The position numbers and the translations under genes were made by a program. Positions 1 through 9,199 of a DNA stretch of 64,000 nt are shown here, one piece after another (positions within the stretch are counted from its first letter, which is position 1; every line of letters begins with the position of its first letter). The notes below the pieces were generated by a model that saw only the letters and a list, made by a program, of their open reading frames with translations, ran no database searches and was not told the origin of the DNA. The stretch spans positions 160,001 through 224,000 of the forward strand of contig JBGARZ010000002.1 in NCBI GenBank assembly GCA_044229975.1. The letters run 5' to 3'. Source of the stretch: Polyangiales bacterium. GTDB taxonomy: Bacteria; Myxococcota_A; Polyangia; Polyangiales; Ga0077539.

Positions 1-2865
1 CTCGCGCTCGAAGCGGTACTTGTCCGCCACGGGGCCGAGCGAGAGCAGCACGCCGCGCTTCGGGACCTTGAAGCCCGTCGCGATGAGCGCCTTGAGCAGC
101 GCCTCGGAGAGGTCGTCGCCGAGGCAACCGACCTCACCCGTGGACGCCATCTCGACGCCCAGCGTCGGGTCGGCGCCGGCGAGGCGCGAGAAGGAGAACT
201 GCGCCGCCTTCACCGCGACGTAGTCGAGGTCGAGCGCTTCGACGGAGGTCGGCGTGGCGACCCCGAGCATGCGGCGCGCGGCCTCGCGGATGAAGTTGGT
301 TCCGGTCACCTTCGACACGAAGGGGAAGGAGCGCGACGCCCGCAGGTTGCACTCGATGACCTTCACCACGTTGTCCTTCGCGAGGAACTGCATGTTGAAG
401 GGCCCGGTGATCTGGAGGGCCCGCGCCACGTCGCGCGCGATGCGCTTGATGCGGCGGATGGTCTCCACGTAGAGCTTCTGCGGCGGAAGCACGAGCGTCG
501 CGTCCCCGGAGTGGACGCCGGCGTTTTCGACGTGCTCGCTGATGGCCGAGAGCACCACCTCGCCGCGGTCGGCGACGGCGTCGATCTCGATCTCCTTGGC
601 GTGCGTCTCGAACTTGGTGATGACCACCGGGTGCTCCGGCGACACGGCCGTCGCGCGGTGCAGGTAGTTACGCAGGTGGTGCTGCTCGTGGGCGACGGTC
701 ATCGCCGCGCCGGAGAGCACGTACGACGGGCGCACCAGCAGGGGGAAGCCACCGAGCTCTTCGGTGAGCTTCGTGAGGTGCTCATCGCTCACGTCCGTCG
801 TGGTGGTCCACTTCGGCTGGTCGATCTGGAGCTGGTCGAGGAGGTCACCGAACTTCTGGCGGTCTTCCGCGCGGTCGACCGACTCGGGGCTGGTGCCGAG
901 CACCCGCACGCCCGCTTTGTGGAGCTTGAGCGCGAGGTTGTTGGAGACCTGTCCGCCCATGGAGACGATGACCCCGTAGGGCTGCTCTCGCTCGTAGAGG
1001 TCGAGCACCGTCTCCAGGCTGATCTCGTCGAAGACCAGCTTGTCGCAGACGTCGTAGTCGGTGGAGACCGTCTCCGGGTTGTAGTTGAGCAGGATGGTCT
1101 CGTAGCCGAGCTCCTGCGCCGCGCGCACGGTGTTCACGCTGCACCAGTCGAACTCCACGCTCGACCCGATGCGGTACGCGCCCGACCCGAGCACGATGAC
1201 CTTCTTGCGCCACGAGGCGGCCACGTCGTCGGCCGACGCGTGGTAGGTCATGTAGAGGTAGTTGGTCTCCGCGGGGTACTCGGCGGCCAACGTGTCGATC
1301 TGGCAGAGGTGCGGACGGATGCCGTGTCGCAGGCGCTCGGAGCGAACCTCGGGCTCGCTGTTCTTGCGGATGCGCGCGATGGCCTTGTCCGAGAAGCCTC
1401 GCTGCTTGGCCTCGCGGAGTAGCGGCGCGGGGACGGTTCCGGTGCCCTCCTTCAACGACCGCCGGGTGCGGACGATGGACTCGATCTCGTTGAGGAACCA
1501 ACGGTCGATGCCCGAGAGCCGGTTGATCTCGTCGATGGTCATCCCCTGCTCCATCGCGCGGGCGACGGCGAGGATGCGGCGGGGCGACGGGTTGCGAATC
1601 TCGTTGGCGAGGTCTTCACCCGTGAAGGCGTCGGGGTCGAGCCCGTCGACGCCGATCTCGATCATCCGCAGCGCCTTCTGGAGCACCTCGGGGAAGCTCC
1701 GGCCGATGGCCATCACCTCGCCCACGCTCTTCATCTCGCTGCCGATGCGCGTGTCGACCTGGTTGAACTTCTGGAGGTCCCACCGCGGAAACTTGCAGAC
1801 GATGTAGTCGAGCGCCGGCTCGAAGAACGAGCTGGTGCGCCGCGTGATGGCGTTGGGCAGGTCGGGCAGCGTGTAGCCGAGGGCGATCTTCGCGGCGACG
1901 TACGCGAGCGGATATCCAGTGGCCTTCGACGCGAGCGCGCTCGATCGGCTGAGCCGCGCGTTGACCTCGATGACCCGGTAGTCGTTGCTCTTGGGGTCGA
2001 GCGCGTACTGGATGTTGCACTCACCCACCACGCCGAGGTGGCGGATGGTGCGGATCGCGATGCTGCGGAGGAGCTGGTACTCCTCGTCGTTGAGCGTCTG
2101 CGAAGGACACACCACGATCGACTCCCCGGTGTGGATGCCGAGGGGATCGAGGTTCTCCATGTTGCAGACGGTGATGCAGTTGTCGCGCGCGTCGCGGACG
2201 ACCTCGTACTCGATCTCCTTCCACCCGCGCAGCGACTCTTCGACGAGCACCTGCGCCGTGCCGCCGCCGAAGGCCCGCAAGAGCGCCGCCTCCAGCTGCT
2301 GATCGGTCTCGCAGATGGCCGACCCCTTGCCGCCGAGCGAGTACGCTGCGCGCAGGATCACCGGCAGCCCGAGCATCTTCACCGCCGCGCGCACCTCGTC
2401 GGCGCTGTTGCAGGCGGCCGAGCGCGCGGTCTTCACGCCGATCTCGTCGAGGCGCTGTTTGAAGCGCAGGCGGTCTTCGGTGTCGCGCACCGTCTCGACG
2501 GGGGTGCCGAGCACGCGCACGCCGTACTTGGCGAGGATGCCGGACTCGTCGAGGGCGACGCCGCAGTTGAGCGCGGTCTGCCCACCGAAGGAGATGGTGA
2601 TCGCGTCGACCTCTTCGCGGACGATGACCTCCTCGACGAAGTGTGGGTCGACCGGGAGGAAGTAGACCTTGTCGGCCATCTCCTCGCTGGTCTGGATGGT
2701 GGCGATGTTGGGGTTGACCAGGACGGTCTGGATCCCCTCTTCGCGGATGGCCTTGATGGCCTGCGAGCCGGAGTAGTCGAACTCGCCGGCCTCGCCGATC
2801 TTGAGGGCGCCGGACCCGAGGATGAGGACGCGGCGGGGCTTCTTGGGGAGGTACTGTCCGAACAT
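1..2865 (-). CDS. carB: Carbamoyl-phosphate synthase large subunit (3' end runs off the window)
   Basis: Absent from the ORF track because it has no stop in the window. Read manually from the ATG at 2865: MFGQYLPKKPRRVLILGSGALKIGEAGEFDYSGSQAIKA...VNPNIATIQT. The second half contains GSGAYRIGSSVEFDWC, NYNPETVSTDYD and HVENAGVHSGDA. Starts 2 nt after the carA stop. Confidence 0.97.
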   Translation of the reverse strand, partial: MFGQYLPKKPRRVLILGSGALKIGEAGEFDYSGSQAIKAIREEGIQTVLVNPNIATIQTSEEMADKVYFLPVDPHFVEEVIVREEVDAITISFGGQTALNCGVALDESGILAKYGVRVLGTPVETVRDTEDRLRFKQRLDEIGVKTARSAACNSADEVRAAVKMLGLPVILRAAYSLGGKGSAICETDQQLEAALLRAFGGGTAQVLVEESLRGWKEIEYEVVRDARDNCITVCNMENLDPLGIHTGESIVVCPSQTLNDEEYQLLRSIAIRTIRHLGVVGECNIQYALDPKSNDYRVIEVNARLSRSSALASKATGYPLAYVAAKIALGYTLPDLPNAITRRTSSFFEPALDYIVCKFPRWDLQKFNQVDTRIGSEMKSVGEVMAIGRSFPEVLQKALRMIEIGVDGLDPDAFTGEDLANEIRNPSPRRILAVARAMEQGMTIDEINRLSGIDRWFLNEIESIVRTRRSLKEGTGTVPAPLLREAKQRGFSDKAIARIRKNSEPEVRSERLRHGIRPHLCQIDTLAAEYPAETNYLYMTYHASADDVAASWRKKVIVLGSGAYRIGSSVEFDWCSVNTVRAAQELGYETILLNYNPETVSTDYDVCDKLVFDEISLETVLDLYEREQPYGVIVSMGGQVSNNLALKLHKAGVRVLGTSPESVDRAEDRQKFGDLLDQLQIDQPKWTTTTDVSDEHLTKLTEELGGFPLLVRPSYVLSGAAMTVAHEQHHLRNYLHRATAVSPEHPVVITKFETHAKEIEIDAVADRGEVVLSAISEHVENAGVHSGDATLVLPPQKLYVETIRRIKRIARDVARALQITGPFNMQFLAKDNVVKVIECNLRASRSFPFVSKVTGTNFIREAARRMLGVATPTSVEALDLDYVAVKAAQFSFSRLAGADPTLGVEMASTGEVGCLGDDLSEALLKALIATGFKVPKRGVLLSLGPVADKYRFERE

Positions 2866-2867
2866 TG

Positions 2868-3968
2868 TCAGCGGCCTCGCTTCATCGATCCGCAGAGGCG
2901 GAGGAAGTCGTCAAAGAGGAAGGCCGTGTCCTCCGGACCCGGCGTCGATTCGGGGTGGAACTGCACGCTGGAGAGGGGCATCCCCCGGGCGCGGATGCCC
3001 TCGTTGGTGCCGTCGTTGACGTTGACGAACCACGGCTCCCAGTCCGCCGGCAGCGACTCCTCGCGCACCGCGTACCCGTGGTTCTGCGAGGTGATGTAGC
3101 AGCGGCGGGTGAGGAGATCCTGCACCGGCTGGTTCTGCGATCGGTTGCCGTAGCGGAGCTTGTACGTGTCGCCGCCCGCCGCGAGCGCGAGGAGCTGGTT
3201 GCCCAGGCACACGCCGAACACCGGGATGCCCGCGTGGAAGAGACCGCGCACCTGCTCGACGATGGGCGCGAGGTCTTTCGGGTCGCCGGGGCCATTGGAG
3301 AGCAGCACCCCGTCGACCTTCGGCAGGTAGCTCTTCAGGTCGGTGTGGGCGGGCACGCGCGTCACCGTCGCGCCGCGCTTCACCAGCGAGCGGGCGATGT
3401 TGTCCTTGCAGCCGGTGTCGAGCAGCAGCACCCGCAGGTCGCCGCCCTCGTAGGTCACCGGCTCGGGGATGGTCACCTGCGCCACCACCGTCGACATGTC
3501 GACCGCGTCGGCGCGGCGCTGCCCCTCGGCGACGGGCGTTTCGTCGTGGAGCAGCCAGCCCTTCATCGTCCCGCGCTCGCGCAGCTTGCGGGTGAGCGTG
3601 CGGGTGTCGATGCCCTCGACGGCCGGGACGTTCTCCTCGCGCAGCCACTCGCCGAGGGTGCCCACCGACGCGTGGTGCGACGGGCGCTCGGTGTGGCGCA
3701 CGCAGACGACGCCCTGCACCTGGATGCGGTCGCTCTCGAAGGGCGCCGCGATGCTCCCCTTCGGACGACGCGCGGGAACGCCGTAGTTGCCTTGCAGCGG
3801 ATACGTCGTGACCAGGATCTGGCCGCGGTAACTCGGGTCGGTGAGCGTCTCGACGTAGCCGCTCATCCCGGTGTTGAACACCACCTCCCCCGCAACCTCG
3901 CGGGGGGCGCCGAACGCGCTGCCTCGCAGCTCCGTTCCATCTTCCAGCACCAGCTTCATGAAGTGCAT
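2868..3968 (-). CDS. carA: Carbamoyl-phosphate synthase small subunit (glutaminase)
   Basis: GEVVFNTGMSGYVETLTDPSY, LSNGPGDP, catalytic GVCLGNQ, SQNHG, SVQFHPE. Likely start is MHFMKLVLEDG at 3968 (or 3959), not the ORF-track start at 4229. Confidence 0.97.
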   Translation of the reverse strand: MHFMKLVLEDGTELRGSAFGAPREVAGEVVFNTGMSGYVETLTDPSYRGQILVTTYPLQGNYGVPARRPKGSIAAPFESDRIQVQGVVCVRHTERPSHHASVGTLGEWLREENVPAVEGIDTRTLTRKLRERGTMKGWLLHDETPVAEGQRRADAVDMSTVVAQVTIPEPVTYEGGDLRVLLLDTGCKDNIARSLVKRGATVTRVPAHTDLKSYLPKVDGVLLSNGPGDPKDLAPIVEQVRGLFHAGIPVFGVCLGNQLLALAAGGDTYKLRYGNRSQNQPVQDLLTRRCYITSQNHGYAVREESLPADWEPWFVNVNDGTNEGIRARGMPLSSVQFHPESTPGPEDTAFLFDDFLRLCGSMKRGR

Positions 3969-4128
3969 CGCGAACTCCGTGGACCTCCGTGGGCCTCCCG
4001 GGTGCGGAAGGCGGCGGACCATACCCGAAACCGGGCGCGTGACGAGCCCGTCGTTGCGCTGAATTTTCGTGGCACAAAGCAACGCCAGACCGTTGCGACT
4101 TCGCACGGTATCGGTACACCGGCTCGCC

Positions 4129-5583
4129 GTGCCGCACCCTCCCCGCGCCCTCGCGCTTGCCGTGTTCGTCGCCCTCTCGGGCGGCGGCGTGGCATGGGGG
4201 CAGCGCCCTCTGCGGAGCAGCGACTTCACCCTCGACTACACCCGCGGCCCGGTGATCGGGCCCGGCCGCGCGGTGGGCCTCGGCGGCGCGTACGCCAGCC
4301 TCATCTCGGGCGTGGATGGTGTTCCGTTCAACCCGGCGGGCTACGCGGTGCGTACGGGTAGCGAGCTCGCGTGGTTCGGCTTCGACCCGGTGATCTCGTT
4401 CTTCTTCCCGCAGTCCAACTGGGACAACTCCGGCGCCGGGGGCCGCGACTACGACAGCTTCCGGGTGCTCCAGTTCGGCGCGGGCCTGCACTTCGGCAAC
4501 GTCGGCGCCGGGTACCTCGCGACCTTCCAGACCTACGAGCTCGGCGCGCGCAACGGCTTCGAGCGGCCCGTCACCGTCGACATGAGCTCCCACCACCTCG
4601 GCGGCGGCCTGCTGCTCGGCGACGGCGAGGTCGTGCTCGGCGCCGGGTTGCGCCTCGGCTTCATGAACATCCAGTGGTCGGCCGACCCCGCCAACCCAGG
4701 CTCGGGCAGCGCGCTCCGCTACCTCGGCGCGGCGCCCGAGTTCGGCGCGTTGTGGCGCCCGACGGGCGAGCGCTTTCGACTGGGCATGGCCTTCCGCGCC
4801 GAGGTGAGCGCGGTGCCCATCGACTTCAGCGTCCCGGCGGGCGAGACCGTGCGTCGACCGCGTGGGTGCGTGGAGGACAGCGCCGGCTGCTTCGTGGTTC
4901 CGCGGCGCATCGCGCTGCCGTGGGAGCTGGAGATCGGCGCGTCGGTGATGCTCGGCGAGCGTCGCTTCAACCTCCCCTGGCAGGACGTCACCGCGCTCCG
5001 TCGCGAGCTACGCCGAGAGCACATCGCCGACCGCGCACGACGCGAGCGGGCGCATCGACTGGAGTCCGCGGCCATCGCCGACGAGGTCGAGCGCGCCGAA
5101 GAAGACGCCCGCTGGACCACCGAGGAGCGCGCCCGTCAGGAGCGCGAAGACAGCGAGTACAACAGCTTCTCGTGGCGCTGGCGGGCGAGCCGACGGGCGT
5201 GGCTGCGCGACCAGCCGCGGAGGTTTCTGCTCTTCTCCTTCGGCCTCGTGGCCTTCGGTCCCATCGGGCGCGGTCAGGGGCTCGACGCGTTCATGCGGCA
5301 GGTCGAGCGGCCGTCGGGGCGCGACCTGCTCTTGTCACCGCGCATCGGCATCGAGGGCGAGCCGTGGGACAACCGCCTGCAGCTCCGCGTCGGCAGCTAC
5401 GTCGAGCCGTCGCGCTTCGACGACGTCAACGCGCGCGTGCACCTCACGGGCGGCGTCGAGCTGCGCCTCTTTCGCTGGGACACGTTCAAGATCGCCGACC
5501 CGGTGGACATCAAGCTGACGTTCACCATGGACTACTCGTACAACTACTTCGACTGGGGCTTCGGCGTCGGCTTCTGGCAGTGA
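4129..5583 (+). CDS. Exported, probable outer-membrane beta-barrel protein (FadL/PorV-like N-terminus)
   Basis: Signal-peptide-like N-terminus; RAVGLGGAYASL...PFNPAG motif as in FadL/PorV-type barrels; alternating aromatic strands; ends FDWGFGVGFWQ. Start uncertain (4069 or 4129). Confidence 0.6.
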   Translation: MPHPPRALALAVFVALSGGGVAWGQRPLRSSDFTLDYTRGPVIGPGRAVGLGGAYASLISGVDGVPFNPAGYAVRTGSELAWFGFDPVISFFFPQSNWDNSGAGGRDYDSFRVLQFGAGLHFGNVGAGYLATFQTYELGARNGFERPVTVDMSSHHLGGGLLLGDGEVVLGAGLRLGFMNIQWSADPANPGSGSALRYLGAAPEFGALWRPTGERFRLGMAFRAEVSAVPIDFSVPAGETVRRPRGCVEDSAGCFVVPRRIALPWELEIGASVMLGERRFNLPWQDVTALRRELRREHIADRARRERAHRLESAAIADEVERAEEDARWTTEERARQEREDSEYNSFSWRWRASRRAWLRDQPRRFLLFSFGLVAFGPIGRGQGLDAFMRQVERPSGRDLLLSPRIGIEGEPWDNRLQLRVGSYVEPSRFDDVNARVHLTGGVELRLFRWDTFKIADPVDIKLTFTMDYSYNYFDWGFGVGFWQ

Positions 5584-5597
5584 CCCCGCGCGGTGGG

Positions 5598-5996
5598 TCA
5601 GTCGTCGTCGCCGTTGCGGACCGTGACCACGGGGCAGTGCGCCGCGCGGATGACGGCGTGCGCGACGCTGCCGAGGAAGAAGCGCTGCACCGCGGAAGCG
5701 CCGCGCGTGGCCACCACGACGAGGTCGGCGTTGGACTCTTCGGCGAGGTCGATGAGCGCGCGCGCCACGTCGCTGCCGAGTGCGAGCTGGCTCGTCACCC
5801 GCGGGCCCGCGTCGTCGGCCACCCGCGCGAGGGCGGCGCGGCGCTCGACCACCTTGGGGTCGTGGTCGTCGCTGCTGTCAGCGATGTGGACGACGTTGAT
5901 GGTCGCGTTGAGCGGCTCGGCGAGCTCGATGGCCCAGGTGAGCGCGTCGTCGGCCGCCTCGGTGAAGTCGTAGCCCACGACGATGCGTCGGATCAT
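5598..5996 (-). CDS. Universal stress protein (UspA family)
   Basis: MIRRIVVGYDF...ADLVVVATRGASAVQRFFLGSVAHAVIRAAHCPVVTV; AGGAGG RBS upstream of the ATG at 5996. Confidence 0.93.
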   Translation of the reverse strand: MIRRIVVGYDFTEAADDALTWAIELAEPLNATINVVHIADSSDDHDPKVVERRAALARVADDAGPRVTSQLALGSDVARALIDLAEESNADLVVVATRGASAVQRFFLGSVAHAVIRAAHCPVVTVRNGDDD

Positions 5997-6015
5997 TGGA
6001 TGACGTCCCTCCTGC

Positions 6016-6939
6016 TCAGCGGGGGTTGAGCGCGTCGAGGCAAAGCTCGACCAGCGCCGGGTGGACCTTCGCCCGTCGCGCCACCGCCGCAACGGTCGCG
6101 ACCCGGCCCGCGTCGGTGATCTCCGCCACGGCCTTCGCGATGGGGCGAACCACCGACGCCCGCCGACGCAGCACCTCGCGCGGATCGATGCGCGCCTGCA
6201 CCGTCGCCTGCACCGAGAGCAGCCGCCGCACCTCGGCCTCGGTGATCTCCAGCCGCTCGGCCGCCATCGCGGTGATGCGAGCGCGCGGCACCCGTCGCGT
6301 CGCGAACTCTTCCAACAAGCCGCGCAGAGAGCGGAGCGCGCCGAGGTCGCTCAGCGAGACCTCCACCGCGTTGCCCACGACAAGCTCGACCCAGCGCGCC
6401 GCGGCCCGTTGCCACACGCTCACGTACCGCGGGAAGTCGGCGTCGAAGCCGAGGGCCACCCAGCGGTCGACGGCCTCTTCGAGCGCGAGGCGCGAGGCGA
6501 CGGCGATCCACGGGAGCGTCTCGGCCTGGGCGCCGGCCGAGTACCAGGTGGCGTGTGCGTCGCCGACCGGACCGATGGTCGCGAGCAGCGCGTTGCGCGT
6601 GGTGACGCACGGGTCGACGGCGCCCCGGAGCACCCACCCGGTGGCGTCGCCCTCGTCGAGGGTCGCGCCGAGCCAGGCCGCGAGCGAGGCGCCGAGCCAC
6701 CCGCGGAGGGCGCGGGCGCCGTCACCGGGTCGGGCGTCACGACGCTGGTCGAAGACGGCGCGGGTGGCGCGCAGTCGGGCAGGCCAGTCGGAGACCTCGC
6801 CGTCGAGCGGAACGATGGACTTCCCCGCCGCGAGCGCCTCCGCCACGCGGGCGAAGCGGGGCGGGAGCTCGCCGCAGGTGAGCAGCATCTCGCCCAACGC
6901 TTCGAGGTGGAGTGTCAGCTCCCTCCCCAGCGACGTCAT
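6016..6939 (-). CDS. Hypothetical helical protein
   Basis: Fills the gap co-oriented with the usp gene; AGGAG RBS before MTSLGREL; no recognisable motif. Confidence 0.6.
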   Translation of the reverse strand: MTSLGRELTLHLEALGEMLLTCGELPPRFARVAEALAAGKSIVPLDGEVSDWPARLRATRAVFDQRRDARPGDGARALRGWLGASLAAWLGATLDEGDATGWVLRGAVDPCVTTRNALLATIGPVGDAHATWYSAGAQAETLPWIAVASRLALEEAVDRWVALGFDADFPRYVSVWQRAAARWVELVVGNAVEVSLSDLGALRSLRGLLEEFATRRVPRARITAMAAERLEITEAEVRRLLSVQATVQARIDPREVLRRRASVVRPIAKAVAEITDAGRVATVAAVARRAKVHPALVELCLDALNPR

Positions 6940-7091
6940 GAGCCGCTCCTGCTTCGATCTCGCGCGGGTCACCGTCACGGCAGGCACCATAGACCCGAAC
7001 CCGGGGGTCGGCGAAAGCCCCTCGCGACGTTCTTGGTGTCGATTGTCACGGACTGCCGCACGGGAAGCGTTTGGCGATATCCTCCGTCGCG

Positions 7092-8429
7092 ATGCTTCGA
7101 GCGAGGGTTGGTTTCCGAGGCGGTCCGGGTAGAGCGCTCGTGCTGGTCGCGGCGGCGCTGGCGGTCGACTGCAACCTGGTGGTCGACTTCACCGACTGCG
7201 AGAGCAACACCGACTGCCGCGGGGCGGGCGAGGTCTGCAACCTCCAGCGGCACTACTGCGAGGTGCCCGAGGTCGAGCGCTGCAACGGCGTCGACGACGA
7301 CCACGATGGTGTGCTCGACGACGCCGAGACCTTCGGCGTGTGCGAGCCCACGCCACGCGTCACCGGCATGTGTCGCGACGGCGTGCTGCGCTGCCGCGGC
7401 GGATCGCGGCTGGAGTGCGTACGTCGTGCGGCCCCGGCCACGGGCGAGGTCTGCAACAACGGCCTCGACGACGACTGTGACGGCACCGTCGACAACCAGG
7501 CCGCGTGCGTCCAGAACTTCCCCGCGTCGATGAACCTCCCCGTCGGCAGCGACGACCCCGCGTACGGCGAGGGGGACGACGCCCCGGCCCACAACGTCTG
7601 CCTGGCGGCCTTCACCCTCGACCGCTACGAGGTCTCCACGCAGGCCTTCGCCACGTACCTCTCGGCGCTCGGCGCCGGCGGCGCGCAGCTCCGCGTGGGC
7701 GTCCCCTCGATGCCCATCAACCCGACGGCGACGTACGGCCGGTACATCATCCTCACCGAAGGGGGCGTGGACTTCCCCATCGCCGCGGTGAGCGATCCGG
7801 TGACGCCCGTGACCTTCCAGCAGCGCGGCGCGCAGTGGGCGCCGGTCGATGCATCGACGGGCAACCTCCCGGTGGTCAACGTCACGTGGTTTGGCGCCGA
7901 CCGCTACTGTCGCTGGGCGGGCAAGCACCTGCCCACCGAGGCCGAGTGGCTGCGCGCCGTGAAGGGCGCCACGTTCAACAACACGTACCCCTGGGGCAAC
8001 GAACCGGTGAGCTGCGAACGCGCCAACATCGGGGTCGACGCCGCGGGCAACAACTGCGTCGGTCGGCTGCTGCCCGTCGACTCGCTCCCCATGGGCCGCT
8101 CGCCCGAAGGCGTCTTCCACCTCTACGGCAACGCCAACGAGTGGATGTGGGACTTCCACAACACCGACCCCATGCACATGAGCAACAGCTACTACGCGTC
8201 GCTCGCGCCCAACGCGTGGTGCGCGATGTACCCCGATGGCCCGCTCGGCCCCGCGATGGGCGCGCCCATCAACCAGGCGACCGGTCTGTACTGTCAAAAC
8301 TGCCGGATGCTCCACGGCCGCAACTACACGTCCACCGACCTCCGCGTCGGCATCCGGCGGTGGCGCGACAGCGACCAGGGCGAGAACGTCGGCGGGTTCC
8401 GCTGCTCCACGGGAGGCGCCGCGCGATGA
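7092..8429 (+). CDS. Exported protein with Cys-rich E-x-CNGxDDDCDG repeats and an FGE/SUMF1-like domain
   Basis: ERCNGVDDDHDG and EVCNNGLDDDCDG repeats; FTLDRYEVS, PVVNVTW, LPTEAEW, YPWG, GNANEW and terminal GFRC are FGE-fold hallmarks. Confidence 0.85.
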   Translation: MLRARVGFRGGPGRALVLVAAALAVDCNLVVDFTDCESNTDCRGAGEVCNLQRHYCEVPEVERCNGVDDDHDGVLDDAETFGVCEPTPRVTGMCRDGVLRCRGGSRLECVRRAAPATGEVCNNGLDDDCDGTVDNQAACVQNFPASMNLPVGSDDPAYGEGDDAPAHNVCLAAFTLDRYEVSTQAFATYLSALGAGGAQLRVGVPSMPINPTATYGRYIILTEGGVDFPIAAVSDPVTPVTFQQRGAQWAPVDASTGNLPVVNVTWFGADRYCRWAGKHLPTEAEWLRAVKGATFNNTYPWGNEPVSCERANIGVDAAGNNCVGRLLPVDSLPMGRSPEGVFHLYGNANEWMWDFHNTDPMHMSNSYYASLAPNAWCAMYPDGPLGPAMGAPINQATGLYCQNCRMLHGRNYTSTDLRVGIRRWRDSDQGENVGGFRCSTGGAAR

Positions 8430-9184
8430 GGGCTCATCTTCGTCCCACCCTGTTCGCCGCGGCGATGCTCGGCGCCTCGCTCGCCGTCGCGCAGCCACGC
8501 GAGTCGCGCCGCGAGTTCGACGCGCTCCTCCGCTCGGCGGTGCAGCACTACGAGGCCGGTCAGGCCCGCGAGGCCATCACCGAGCTCGAACGCGCGTACG
8601 CCATCCGCCCCCTGCCCCGGCTGCTCTACAACCTCGGTCGAGCCCACGAGCGGGCCGGTTCGTTCTCGGTGGCGGTCGACTATTACAACCGCTTCCTCCA
8701 GACCAACCCCGACGCCGAAGCGGGAGCGATCGCGCGCGAGGCCCTCGCCGCCGCCCAGCGCCGCGCGGCCGAGGTGCAGTCCGCCGAGCAGGCTCGCCTC
8801 GCCGCCGAGGAGACCGCCCGTCAGCAGGCCCTCGAAGCCGAGCGCGCCCGCGCCGCCGAGGCCGAACGCCAGCGTGCCGAGGAGGAGCGTCGTCGACTGC
8901 TCGCCACCACGACCCGTCGACGGCTCACCACGCCGGTGCTCGTCACGGGCGGCGTCGCGGTGGCTGCCGCGGTCGCTGGCGGCATCCTCGGGGGCCTCGC
9001 GCTCTCGGCCCAGTCCGACTTCAACGGCAGCCGCCAGGGCAACGATCGCGCGACGGCCTACGACAGCGGCAGCGCGACGGCCCTCGGCGCGGACATCTCC
9101 TTCGGCACCGCCCTGGTTGCGGGCGTCGTGGCGGTGGTGCTGTACTTCGTCCAGCCCCCCGCTTCTGACGCCGCCGCGCCGTAA
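8426..9184 (+). CDS. TPR protein with signal peptide, coiled coil and C-terminal hydrophobic hairpin
   Basis: ATGA overlap with the upstream stop; EAITELERAYAIRPLPRLLYNLGRAHE...AVDYYNRFL TPR; hydrophobic C-terminal segments. Confidence 0.85.
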   Translation: MRAHLRPTLFAAAMLGASLAVAQPRESRREFDALLRSAVQHYEAGQAREAITELERAYAIRPLPRLLYNLGRAHERAGSFSVAVDYYNRFLQTNPDAEAGAIAREALAAAQRRAAEVQSAEQARLAAEETARQQALEAERARAAEAERQRAEEERRRLLATTTRRRLTTPVLVTGGVAVAAAVAGGILGGLALSAQSDFNGSRQGNDRATAYDSGSATALGADISFGTALVAGVVAVVLYFVQPPASDAAAP

Positions 9185-9199
9185 CGCCCTCCATCGCCG

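Noticed and set aside
4050..4085. ArgR box upstream of carA (TGAATTTTC...)
   Set aside because: Only one half-site matches; it is more likely just an AT-rich promoter patch.
8300..8429. Diversity-generating retroelement target (FGE/C-type lectin fold ending GFRC)
   Set aside because: No reverse transcriptase and no template-repeat copy differing at adenines was visible in the window.
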